Source: the human T2T-CHM13v2.0 reference genome, Homo sapiens. From it: DNA of 64,000 nucleotides. This document shows positions 1-12,614 of this stretch, piece by piece. The stretch spans positions 21,920,001 through 21,984,000 of the forward strand of contig CP086569.2 in assembly GCA_009914755.4 (NCBI GenBank), read 5' to 3'. Position 1 is the stretch's first letter, and every line of letters starts with the position of its first letter. Both the position numbers and the translations under genes were made by a program. Under the pieces are notes generated by a model, which worked only from the letters and a program-made list of their open reading frames with translations, was not told where the DNA came from and did no database searches.

Positions 1-905
<905 letters not shown>

Positions 906-1892
906 TCTTCCATTTTTCAAAAGTAAACTAACCCATCATAAACACTTCTGGCATAGACCTTGCTGTCAGCTTTTAGAGTTGGATATTTGTTTTTATTGAA
1001 TGGTTCCTAGAAGAAAAACTGGTTTGAGAGAATTTTCCCCCTTGCTCTTTCTAAATGTCTGCCTGCAAACTATGTTTGTTAAAATTTCCCCTTTTATTAA
1101 AATAATCCCCATCAGCAATAGTTCTTCCATAAAGCTTTCTGTCAGCTGTTAAAACTGAATAGTTAGGAGAGAGGTCAAGAAGGGGGAATAAAAAACAAAG
1201 ACAAATGAGTATATTTGGAAGAAAGGGTCAGATGGCACCTTGCCCCTAGGGGAGTGATTGTAGTAAATAATGATGTACAGAGCCCATTCACCTTAGGATT
1301 GCTGGAATCTGTGTTCAGTGCTATGTGTCTTTTACCCTTTGATGTGAAACACTTGGCACAAACTTGCTTGTCTCCTAGTGAATATATGACATGGAATTTA
1401 AATTGGCAAGAAATGTGTGCAGACAAGGCTAGATAGAATCGTGTTGCTGGACACAGAGACATTACAAAGGATATGCTATTGGGTAATGGCACTTATTCAG
1501 ACCTGGAACGTCAAATTGCACTCCCAGACACTGCTTATCAACAACATGCATAGGCCGCTATATGTGCCTAGGTCCCAATTCCTGAAGAGGGAGTCCCAGT
1601 ACAATCCTTTTTACATATCATGCAAGTGTCAAAGAAGCCCTATGTGCAATTTCTTGCAAGATTACAAAAGGCAGTGAGCATCACATTCCTCATGCCACTG
1701 CCACAGAAATGCTAACCTTAACTTTAGCTTTTGAGAATGGAATCACAGTTTGTAAATGTGCACTGGTGCCTGAGAGGTGTACAAAAACTTGGGAAATTTT
1801 TTCAGAGCTTGTCAAGATGTAGGAACTGAGCTTCATTGATCTGCACTGTTAACAAAAACAATGGCTAATTTGACTGCTGACTAATCTAACAG

Positions 1893-2395
1893 TGAGATGT
1901 GAAGGCAGCTGGGCTTCTGGTTTGGGTGGGGACTGGGATAACTTTTCTATCTATCTAAAGGATTGTAAATGCACCAATAAGCACTCTGTGTCTAGATAAA
2001 GTTTTGTAAATGCACCAATCAACACTATGTCAAAATGGACAAATCAGCACTCTGTAAAATGGATGAATCAGTGCTCTGTAAAATGGACCAATCAGCAGGA
2101 TGTGGGTGGGGCCAAATAACAGAATAAAAGCTGGCCACCTGAGTCAGGTCCCCTTCTACTCTGTGGAAGCTTTTTTCATTTGCTCTTCATAATAAATCAT
2201 GCTGCTGCTAACTGTTTGGGTCCGTGCCAACATTATGAGCTATAACACTCACCACAGGCATCCGTGGCTTTATTCTTGAAGTGAGCAAGACCAAGAACTC
2301 ATCAATTCTGGACACATTTTGGCTATTTCGAAGAGACCATCACCTATCACCAAGCAGTGAGACCATCACCTATCACCAAGTGGTGAGTACAATTG
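1893..2395 (+). mobile_element. LTR12-family 5' LTR of the ERV9 provirus
   Basis: Starts tgagatgtgaaggcagctgggcttctgg. It contains tandem aatggaccaatcagc repeats, a poly(A) signal at aataaatcatgctgctg, and ends just before a PBS-like ttggctatttcgaagagacc and a 24-bp tandem duplication. Confidence 0.8.
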
Positions 2396-4503
2396 GACCA
2401 CTTTCACTTACTATTCTGTCTTATTTTTCTTTAGAATTTGGGGGCTAAATACTGGGCACCTGCCAGCCAGTTAAAAGTGACTAGCACAGCCACTGGACTA
2501 AAGAAAAAAGTGTCAGGGCTTTCTGGGAAAGGGCTCTCTAACAATCCCTGACTCTTCAGGGTTGGGAGCGTTGGTTTGCCCAGAACCTGCTTCCACTTTT
2601 CCTGTAATTCTGGGCTGAGCCAAGGGTCAACAGAGAGGAAAGTCATTCAGCTCCCGGGGTCGTGACAAGTTGGTTGACCCTGTAGCCATGAGTGGAACTT
2701 TCAAAGGCATGTAGCCCAACTAAGACTATAGCTCATCTATCCTATCTATCCTGACCCTTGCACCCAGGGTCCTAATGCCTGCCAGACAAACTTCCTTTTG
2801 CCTCTCTTCTCCAAGGCTATCCCTACTTCTAAAAACCACTCCCTCTCTCTGGTGCTTTTCTAGTTTCCTCTTTAAGAATGATTTCTAGTATAAACTCCAG
2901 GACTCTGTTACCTTCTTTAGGTAGCTGGGCTCACCAATCAAAAAGACATACTTTTTTTTTTTTTTCCCAAATCCAAGTCACAGGGAGGACTATCTGGAAT
3001 TTTAGCATCCCTCCTCAGACTAACAGGCCTAACAAAAGCTATTCCTAAAGTTAGGATATGGGAAGACTCAGAAATTGTATCCCTCCTATTCATATGAGTA
3101 AGGACAAAATGTGTCACTCTTCCAGCCCTGGAGATCCCTTCCATCCCTCAGGGTATGGCCTTCCACTTAATTTTTGGGGTATAACATCTTTATAGGACAT
3201 GGATAAGGTCCCAATACTAAAAAGAGAATGCTTAGGACTCTAACAGGTTTTTGAGAATGTGTTGGTAAGGGCCACTAAATCCAATTTTTCTCAGTCCTCT
3301 TTGTGGTCTAGGAGGACAAGCAAGGGTGCAGGTTTTTGAGAATGCATCAGTAAGGGCCACTAAATCTGACCTTCCTTGGTCCTCCTTGTGATCTGGGAGG
3401 AAAACTAGTGTTTCTGCTGCTGTGTTGGTGAGCACAAATATTTCAATCAGCAGGGTCCAGGGACCATTGTGGGTTCTTGGGCAGGGGTTGTGTCTGCTGC
3501 TGCATCTATTACAGTTAGCAGGGTCCAGGGATCATTGCACGTTCTTGGGCAGGGAGAGAAAACACTCAGGCATCAACAGGCTCACTCTTGAAATGCATCC
3601 TAAGCCATTGGGACCAAATTGACCCACAAACCCTGAAAAAGAGGTGGCTCATTTTTTTCTGCACTACAGCTTGGCCCCAATATTCTCTCTCTGATGAGGA
3701 AAAGTGGCCACCTGTGGGAATTACAAATTACAACATTATCCTGCAACTTTACCTTTTCTGTAAGAGGGAAGGCAAATGGAGTTAAATACCTTATGTCCAA
3801 GCTTTCTTCTCATTGAAGGAGAATATACAACTATACAAAGCTTGCAATTTACATCCCACAGGAGGACCTCTCAGCTTACCCCCACATCCTAGCCTCCCTA
3901 CAGCTCCACTTCCTATTAATGATAAGCCTCCTCTAACCTCCCCTGCCCAGGAGGAAATAAGCAAAGAAATCTCCAAAGGACCACAACCCCACCCCCCTCT
4001 ATCTATTATGTCCCCTTCAAGCTGTAGGGGGAGGGGAATTTGGCCTAACCAGGGTACATGTCCCTTTCTCCCTCTCTGATTTAAAGTAGATCAAGGCAGA
4101 CCTGGGGAAGTTTTCAGATGATCTTGATAGGTATATAGATGTCCTACAGGGTCTAGGGAATCGCTTGTAGAGATGTCATGCTATTGTTGGATCAAACCAT
4201 GTCCTTTAATGAAAAGAAGGTGGCTTTAGCTGCAGTCCAAGAGTTTTGAGATATTTGATATCTTAGTCAAGTAAATGATAGAATGACAGTCAAACAAAGG
4301 TACAACTTCCCTACCAGTCAGCAAGCCATCCCCAGTATGGATCCCCACTGAAACCTCAACTCAGATCATGGGGACTGTGGTCATAAACATCTCTTGACCT
4401 GCGTTCTAGAAGGACTAATGAGAATTAGGAAAAAGAGCATGAATTATTCAATGATGTCTACCATAACTCAGAGAAAGGAAGAAAATCCTTTTGCCTTCCT
4501 CAA

Positions 4504-4710
4504 GTGGCTAAGGGAGGCCTTAAGAAAATATACTCCCGGTCACCTGACTCACCTGAGCCTCAATTGATCCTAAAAGACAAGTTTATTACCCAATCAGCTG
4601 TGGATATCAGGAGAAAGCTGCAAAAGCAAGCCCTGGGCCCTGAACAAAATCTGGAGGCACTATTAAACCTGACAACCTCAGTATTCTATAATAGGGACCA
4701 AGAGAATTAG
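4504..4710 (+). pseudogene. ERV9 gag (capsid/major homology region) remnant ORF
   Basis: Translation ...LILKDKFITQSAVDIRRKLQKQALGPEQNLEALLNLTTSVFYNRDQE resembles the conserved QSAPDIRRKLQK...VFNNRD block of gamma-type retroviral gag. A CCHC zinc knuckle (CDLQGHFKKGC) follows about 130 nt downstream. Confidence 0.7.
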
Positions 4711-6229
4711 GCTCAAAAGGAAAATTGAGATCAGAGAAAGGTCACAGCCTTAGTCATGGCCCTCTGACAAACAAACCTTGGTGGTTCAGAGAGGACAGAA
4801 AATGGAGCAGGCCAATCACCCTGTAGGCCTTTTACAAGTGTGATTTGCAAGGACATTTTAAAAAAGGTTGTCCAGTGAAAAACGAGCCACCCCCTGATCT
4901 ATGTCCACTATACCAAGACAATCACTGGAAGCTGCACTGCCCTTGAGGACAAAGGTCATCTGGGTCATGTGTCCCTCAACCAGATGGTCCAACAACAGGA
5001 GTGAGGGTGCCTGGGGTAAGCACCAGCTCATGTCATCACCTTCACTGAGCCCTGGGTATGTTTAACCATTGAGGGCCAGGAAATTGAATTCCTCCTGGAC
5101 ACTGGCATGGCCTTCTCAGTGTTAATCTCCTGTCCTGGATGACTGTCCTCAAGGTCTGTTACCATCTGAGGAATTCTGGGACAGCCTGTAACCAAGTATT
5201 TCTGTAACCTCCTCAGTTGTAATTGGGAGACTTTGCTCTTTTCACTTGCCTATCCTGTCATGTCTGAAAGTCCCACACCCTTACTAGGGAGGGATATATT
5301 AGCCAAAGCTAGAGGTGTTATCTACATGAATATGGGGAACAAGTTACCCATTTGTCATCCTCTGTTGAGGAGGGAATAAACCCTGAAATCTGGGCATTGG
5401 AAGGAATAAACTCAAGCCCCAGTCTCAAGCCTTCTCACAAGATGAAACTTTTCTTTATATGTCATAGAGAGAGCAGGAATAGCTCTTGGCGTCCTTACTC
5501 AGACTCATGGGACAACCCCACAACCAGTGGCATACCTAAGTAAGGAGATTGATATAGTAGAAAAAGGCTGGCCTCACTGTTTACAGGTAGTAGTGGCAGT
5601 GGCTGTCTTAGTATCAGAGGCTATCAAAATAATACAAGGAAAGTATCTCACTGTCTGGACTACTCATAATGTAAATGGCATACTAGGTGCCAAAGGAAGT
5701 TTGTGACTATCAGACAACCACCAGGTACTACTCCTTGAGGGATGGGTGTTTCAAGTGCATATGTATGCAGCCTTCAGCCCTGCAGTGGCTCACAGTGTTC
5801 TCGCAGAGGATGGGGAGTTGGTCGAGCATGGCTGTCAACAGGTTGAAGTCCAGATTTTTGCCACCTGAGATGATCTCTTAGAATACCCCTTGGCTAATCC
5901 TGACCTTAACATATATAGCGATGGAAATTCATTTGTGGAAAATGAGATTTGAAAGACGGGTTATGTCATAGTTAGTGATGTAACTGTACTTGAAAGTAAG
6001 CCTCTTCCCCCCAGGACCAAGGCCCAGTTAACAGAACTAGCGGCACTTACCCAAGCCTTAGAAGTGGGAAAGGGAAAAAGAATAAATGTGAATACAGATA
6101 GCAAGTACGCTTATCTAATCCTACATGCCCATGCTGCAATATGGAAAGAAAAGGAGTTCCTAACCTCTGTGAGAACCCCCATTAAATAACACAATTAAAT
6201 CATGGAGTTATTGCACTCAGTGCAAAAAC

Positions 6230-6560
6230 CCAAGGAGGTGGCAGTCTTACACTGCCAAAGCCATCAATAAGGGGAAGGAGAGGAGAGAACAGCAGCATAA
6301 GAAGCTGGCAGGGGCAGGAGAAGACCAGCAGAGAGAAAGAGAAAGACAAAGTCAAAGAAGGAAAGAGAGAAAGAGACAGAAAATCAGAGAGAGGGAGAGA
6401 CAAAGATAGAGAGAAAGAGAAAGATAGGAAGTCAAAGAAAAGGAGATAGAGAGAAAGAGACAGAGAGACAGAAAGTCAAGCAGAGAAGAAAAGAGAGGAA
6501 GAGACAAAGGAGAAAGGAGTCAAAGAGAGAGAAAGAAATAGAAGTAGTAAAGAAAAAACA
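6230..6560. repeat. Purine-rich (GA/GAAA-rich) simple repeat inside the ERV9 pol region
   Basis: Long run of agagagaaagagaaagacaaag... on the plus strand. The SLSLFPSL... ORF on the minus strand (6200..6403) is its translation artefact. Confidence 0.85.
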
Positions 6561-7912
6561 GTCTACCCTATTCGTTTAAAAGCCAGGGTAAATTTAAAAC
6601 CTATAATTGATAATTGAAGGTTTTCTCTGTAACTCTAACACTCCAATACGACCTTGTTGTCAGTGAAAACAAGGGCATAGCCCAAAAGTACTGAGGCCAC
6701 TGATGACCTATAGCCTTCCTATCAAAAATTCTTAACCCAGCAGGCTTCCTGACAGGGTATCTACATCGGAAAATCCGACCAGACATAGGAGGAACTCCCT
6801 TCAGGACAGGATGATAGATGATTCCTCCTAGGCAATTAAAAAAAAAAAAAGACACAAGTAAGTGATAAGAAAACTCTTGTAGAAGCAGAGATAGGAAAAT
6901 TGCCCAATAATTGGTCTGCTCAAACATGTGACCTGTTTGCACTCAGCCAAAACTTAAAGTACATACAGAATCAGGAAGGAGCCATCTATACCAATTTTAA
7001 GTTAATATGGAATGAATGAGGTCTTATTAATGGCAAAGAATAATTAAAATCCCACACTTACAAGGTTTTCAACAAAAGTACAGTTTGCTAAAAGTTAACA
7101 GTGTGACATATATTATCCTAACTTCTCATCTTATGGAAATCAGACCCTATCAGTGTCCCTGAAAGTTCAAGTCTGTCAGCACAGAGCCATATAACCAATA
7201 CCCCTACTTATAGTGTTAGGAATGACCACTGCTACAGGAACCAGAATAGCCAGTTTATCTACTTCATTATCCTACTACCACACACTCTCAAAGGATTTCT
7301 CAGACAGTTTGCAAAAAATAACAAAATCTATCCTTACTCTACAATCCCAAATAGACTCTTCGGCAACAGTGACTCTCCAAAACCACTGAGGCCTAGACCT
7401 CCTCACTGCTGAGAAACGAGGACTCTGCACCTTCTTAGGGGAAGAGTGTTGTTTTTACACGAACCAGTCAGGGATAGTAGGAGATGCCACCTGACATTTA
7501 CAGGAAAAGGCTTCTGAAATCAGAAAACACCTTTCAAACTCTTATATCAGCCTCTGGAGTTGGACAGCATGGCTTTATCCCCTTTCTAGGTTCCGTGGCA
7601 GATATCTTGCTGTTACCAGGCTTTGGGACCTGTATTTTTAAGCTTCTTTTCAAATTTGTTTCCTCTAGAATTGAGGCCATCACAGCTACAGATGGTCTTT
7701 CAAAATGGAAACCCAAATGAGTTCAACTAACAACTTCTACTGAGAACCCCTGGACTGTCCCACTGGCCCTTCCACTGGCCTAAAGAGTTCCCCTCTGGTG
7801 GACACTACAACTGCAGGACCCCTTCTTCATCCCTATCCAGCAAGAAGTAGCTAGAACTCTTATTGGCCAAATTCCCAACAACAGTTGTAGTGTCCTCTTT
7901 AGAGGGGGGATT

Positions 7913-8680
7913 GATATGTGAATCTGGCTGGGCTTCTGGGTTCAGTGGGGACTTGGATAAATTTTCTGTCTAGCTAAGGGATTGTAAATGCACCAGTCAG
8001 CACTCTGTGTCTAGCTAAAGCTTGTAAATGTACCAATTGGCATTCTGTGTCTAGCTAATTGGGTAGGGGACTGTCTAGCTAAAGGATAGTAAATGCAACA
8101 ATCAGTGCTCTGTGTCTAGCTAAAGGTTTGTAAAGGCACCAATCAGCACTCTGTCAAGATAGACTAATCAGCACTCTGTAAAATGGATCAATCAGTGCTC
8201 TGTAAAATGGACCAATCAGTGGGATGTGGGGTGGGAGTGGAAAATAAGGGAATAAAAGCTGGCCACCCGAGCCAGCAGCGGCAACATGCTTGGGTCTCCT
8301 TCCACACTGTAGAGGCTTGTTCTTTCACTCTTTGCAATAAATCTTGCTGTTGCTCACTCTTTGGGTCTGTGTCACCTTTATGAACTGTAACACTAACCAC
8401 AAAGGTCTGCAGCTTCACTCCTGAAGCCAGCGAGACCACAAACCCACAGAGGAAAAAACAACTCTGGCTGTGCCAACTTTAACAGCTGTAACACTCACTG
8501 CAAAGGTCTGTGGTTTCACTCCTGAAGTCAGGAAGACCAAGAACCCATCAGAAGGAAGAAACTCTGGACACATCTGAACATCTGCAGGAACACACTCCAG
8601 ACACAGCATCTTTAAGAATTGTAACACTCACTGTGAGGGTCTGTGTCTTCATTCTTGAAGTCATTAAAACCAAGAACTCA
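7913..8680 (+). mobile_element. LTR12-family 3' LTR of the ERV9 provirus
   Basis: Starts tgatatgtgaatctggctgggcttctgg, parallel to the 5' LTR. It has more copies of the accaatcag(c/t)(a/g)ctctgt repeat and three ctgtaacactcac...agaccaagaac 3' units. It is longer than the 5' LTR because of repeat-number variation. Confidence 0.8.
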
Positions 8681-8988
8681 TGAAATCCAAACACAAAAGG
8701 AGTCAAGGAACAAACCCTAAAATGGGAAAATATTATAATTGTGGAAAAGCTGGACAGTTTAAAAAGGAATGCTGCCAGATCTGAGGACAGAAAGAGACTT
8801 AAAATGGAGTGTCCCACCCACTGGAAAAATTCCAGGACTTTGCCGTTGCTATAACAACTGGGCTAATAAGTTCCACTCAAGATTGCAACAGAATGGCATC
8901 CGCTGTTGGGGAATGAGATGGGGGCCTGGACCAAGGTCATTCAAACAATGAGAGCATTCCCAGTTCAGACCACAACACCATTTCAGGA

Positions 8989-9264
8989 ATGGTTCCCAGG
9001 AGAAACATTGATTTCCTCACCCCAGGAAGACCAGGAAGTGTAGGATTACATGTCCTGGTCAGAGAATGGGTAACATTAGTGGGACGAGAGAAACCCAACA
9101 AGATTTCCACTGGCATTTGGGGACCTTCAACAACAGGATGTATGGGACTAATTTTAGGCAAAAGCCATCTTAATTTACAGGGCAATACTGTACCCCCAGG
9201 AGTTGTTGACTCTCATTATGAAGGAGAAATTCAAGTAGTTTTAATGTCACGATGTAATACCTAA
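8989..9264 (+). pseudogene. Retroviral dUTPase domain remnant (HERV-K-type pro region)
   Basis: The dUTPase-like motifs AGxD-like GSVGLHV, GLILGKSHLNLQG and GVVDSHYEGEI lie in one 91-aa ORF. Confidence 0.7.
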
Positions 9265-9269
9265 CCTTG

Positions 9270-9860
9270 TTTTTACTAACCTTGCTTTTAGACTCTCCCT
9301 TTCTCCCTTAATCACCTAGCCTTGTTTCCACATGTATAAGCTCTCCCTTGGCTGAGAAAGCCTGATGAACTCCATTTGGCTCCTTCATTTACAAGACGTC
9401 AAGGACTCCTTACCCACCCCCTTCCTCAAGGAGTTCACTTGTGTAAGCTGACTCTCAACATATCAAAGAGTCCAATTAACTGATAAGGTACTGAAGCAAG
9501 CAATGTACAAAGTTCCCAGGATTTTGCTCAAGAGATAACACCATAACGCCTTGAGTTTCTGTCTGGCAGAGCCCCCATACCTAACATCTTATGATAGATT
9601 TAGAGCCCCTGCACCTGGAACTGTTGTCTTCCCTGTAACCATTTGTCTTTTTAAGTTTTTCGCATGTTTTCACTTCTGTAGAATTGTTGCAACTGAGCTC
9701 CCCTCCCCTTCCTAAACCAAAGTATAAAGGAAAAGCAAGCCTTTTCCTCGGGGCCAAGAGAATTCCAAACGTTAGCCGTCTCTCTCTCACTGGCTAATAA
9801 AGGACTCTTAAATTTGTCTCAAAGTGTGGTGTTCCTCTAACTCGCTTGGGTACAACAACA
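9270..9860 (+). mobile_element. LTR-like segment embedded between the dUTPase and protease remnants (possible nested solo LTR)
   Basis: Non-coding stretch with a TATA-like agtataaagg and a poly(A) signal aataaaggactc followed by a GT-rich segment. It enlarges the dUTPase-protease spacing well beyond what a contiguous pro ORF would have. Confidence 0.4.
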
Positions 9861-10624
9861 AGATCTTTGGGTTTTTGAACCAGGAGAATATGTTGCTCAA
9901 TTATTGTTTATTCCCTGCAAATTACACCCTCCTCCATGAAAGGAGAAACAAGAGAATAAACGGTTTAGCAGCACAACTACATGGGAAATCTATCCATCCC
10001 AACCGATAGCCTCTGATAGGCCCACCTGTGTAGTGCAAATTAAAGGAAATAAATTTGGGGGCTTATGGATACGGGAGTTGATGTGTCAATAATATCTAAA
10101 GACAATCGGCCCCCATCCTGGCCATTACAATTAACTTCTACATCCTTAGCGGGAGTAGGAACAGCTCAAAGTGTTTAACAGAGTGCTGAGATTTTACCTT
10201 TTCCTGGTCCAGACGGACAATGGTGTACTTTTCAGCCTTATGTTGCAAATATAGCTATCAATTTATGGGGTCAAGACTTACTTACAGCATGGGATATGAG
10301 ACTTACAAATGAAAACTTTGATAACCTAGGATTTAAAATGTTGAAGGACATGGGACATCAGAGTGGAAAATATTTAGAGAAATTCCTACAAGGAAACCCT
10401 AACCCAATATCAATAACTGGAAAGAAAGGTTAAACCCTGCCAGGAGACTCTTCACTAAATTTCCCATGGCAGTTGGCCAAAGAGGCAGAATTTGGAGTTG
10501 CAGCTTGTAGAACAAATGCTTTAGCAATGGCATGCCTCCCAGCTACACCTGCAGAAACCTTTGCTTTCATTATCCCTCAGACAAAATTTTGTAGTTTTAT
10601 GAATTCCATTCTTTCATTCTTCCT

Positions 10625-10963
10625 GTGATTACTCATCACAAGCCTATTCCAGGTGGACAGACTTATTTTACTGATGGCTCTTCTAAAGGTCGTGCCACTC
10701 TCTATGGACCTAAACATACTCAAACAATAATGCCCTCTGGGGCTTCAGCTCAATTCTCAGTGCTAACTGCAGTCATTCAGATTTTACAGCTCACAGCTGC
10801 AGATCCTACCAACATTGTCTGTAATTCAGCTTATGTTGTAAATGTAGTCGGTCACATAGAAACTGCTACAGTTAAAGGTACGCTAGACCCAGAACTGACA
10901 ATAGACACTTATTCTCATATGCTGCATGCTACATGCCAAACAGGTTCTGAGATTACTGATTAA
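10625..10963 (+). pseudogene. HERV-K-like RNase H fused to integrase core by internal deletion
   Basis: A single ORF contains FTDGSSKGRATLYGPK ... SAQFSVLTAVIQILQ ... NIVCNSAYVVNVVGHIETATVKG (RNase H) followed immediately by LDPELTIDTYSHMLHATCQTGSE, which resembles the integrase D,D(35)E region VDTYSHFIWATCQTGES. Roughly 130 codons between these blocks are missing. Confidence 0.7.
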
Positions 10964-11162
10964 TCAGTATCAGCCACTGAGGAAAGAAAATGGAAATATG
11001 GAGACCAATAACACTATGAAGAGAGGTCAACAAGTCTGGAAAATAACCAGAGAGCATGTATATATGAAGGTCATAGAAGATTACCACTCTCTAGTACGTA
11101 GTATAAAGTTCTTATTTGGTACAGAGAGTGTCATCATGAATCCTGGTGCGTAGTTGAGATTG

Positions 11163-11341
11163 TGTTTTTTCTTTTATTTTCTTTTCCTTTTTGAGATGGA
11201 GTTTCACTCTTATCACCCAGGCTAGAGTGCAATGGTGTGACCTCAGGTCACTGCAAACTCTGACTCCCATGTTGCAAGTGATTCTCCTGCCTCAGCTTTG
11301 CAAGTAGCTGGGATTGCAGCCATACACCAAAATGCCTGGCT

Positions 11342-11378
<37 letters not shown>

Positions 11379-11505
11379 GATTTTTAGTAGAGGCGGGGTT
11401 TTACCATATTGGCCAGGCTGGTCTCAAACTCCTGAACTCAGATGCTCTGCCAGCCTCAGCCTCCCAAAGTGCTGAGATTACAGATGTGAGCCACTGCACC
11501 TGGCC
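11163..11505 (-). mobile_element. Alu SINE (full length, minus orientation)
   Basis: Reverse-complement Alu: T-rich tail, ttgagatggagtttcactct..., an internal poly-T linker of about 37 nt, and an end at ...gagccactgcacctggcc. Confidence 0.9.
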
Positions 11506-11813
11506 ACAATCGGGTTTCTTATGTTTGCACATTGCCAACTGATAAAGTTGGCATTATAATAGTCATTCTCACAATCCATTGTGGGGGTTCTGAATATCAC
11601 ATGCAGAAAGAGTCCACAGTTAAAACTGTGACTGTCATATGTGAACATATAGCCACAGTTGAAATATAACCTATTTCTAAACCCAGCTCACAGGCAGGTA
11701 AAGACCCTCTTATTTGGACCAAGTCAATTGGAGAGAGGACCGAGTCAATTGGAGAGACGTTGACTCTCATATCTGTGCTGGACACAGCTGAGTTTATGTG
11801 TCCATACCAGTAA

Positions 11814-12147
<334 letters not shown>

Positions 12148-12614
12148 AGACTCTCATTTATATTGTATAAAGCTTTCAGATAGTGTAGAAAGTTTATGGA
12201 ACCCAGCACACAGGTGGAATTGTGCATTCATATGCACATCCAGCCAACAGCAAAGATTTTCATTCTCCCACGGGAACGCGGCCCATTGATGAGGTTTTAT
12301 ATCTAACAGCCAAAAGTTTGCAGTCAAAAGGCAGTCAAAAGTTTAAAAACTTACTCTCATACATCATTCCAGTCCATGGTTAGGTTGGTCACCCTCAAAC
12401 AAAAATTCAGCACACTGTGTGTGCTGTGTGTGGCTGTGGCTCCCTGAAGGAGACAAAGTCTGCAGGAGAGGTTGAGGCTTTTATGGCCAGATTAAGTCCA
12501 CTATTGAGATTGTGACTAGTATACTTAGATCCAACATACAAGAAAATTCACCCTCATGCATGAAATCAAGACATTTGTGGGATCATTAGTACCATCACTT
12601 AAAGCCTCCTGCAG

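Larger units (their letters stand above)
1893..8680 (+). mobile_element. ERV9 (HERV9-type class I) provirus, internally deleted, with LTR12-family LTRs
   Basis: Two LTRs carry the characteristic reiterated CCAATCAGCACTCTGT / GTCTAGCTAAAGG motifs and the 3' reiterated CTGTAACACTCAC...GAGACCA units. Between them lie a gamma-retrovirus-like gag (QSAVDIRRKLQKQALGP, then a CX2CX4HX4C zinc knuckle near 4841-4900), a protease LLDTGMA motif (about 5092-5115), and an env TM remnant with [25 protein letters not shown] (about 7370-7470). Most of pol is missing, and a purine-rich simple repeat sits at 6230-6560. Confidence 0.8.
8690..11150 (+). mobile_element. Rearranged HERV-K-like (betaretrovirus-like, HML-type) internal fragment directly abutting the ERV9 3' LTR
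   Basis: Gag NC zinc-knuckle remnant YYNCGKAGQFKKECCQ (about 8733-8782). A dUTPase domain ORF 8989..9264 (GSVGLHVL...GLILGKSHLNLQG...GVVDSHYEGEIQVVL). A protease DTG-type motif near 10030-10100 (translated ...RELMCQ*YLKTIGPHPGHYN..., a degenerate LDTGADVSII-like segment). ORF 10625..10963 carries the RNase H motifs (FTDGSS ... NIVCNSAYVV) joined in frame to an integrase-core-like segment (IDTYSHMLHATCQTGSE). The family assignment is from memory of HERV-K(HML-2) Pro/Pol. Confidence 0.7.

Noticed and set aside
3240-3560. Two pairs of short tandem duplications (about 2x80 bp and about 2x60 bp: ...ggccactaaatc..., ...agcagggtccagggaccattg...) in the ERV9 leader
   Set aside because: Real, but such reiterations are typical of ERV9 leader/U5-proximal sequence. 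I treated them as part of the provirus rather than a separate feature.
6200-6403. Minus-strand ORF SLSLFPSLTLSFSFSLL...
   Set aside because: Translation of the purine-rich simple repeat inside ERV9 pol. It is low complexity, not a signal peptide or membrane protein.
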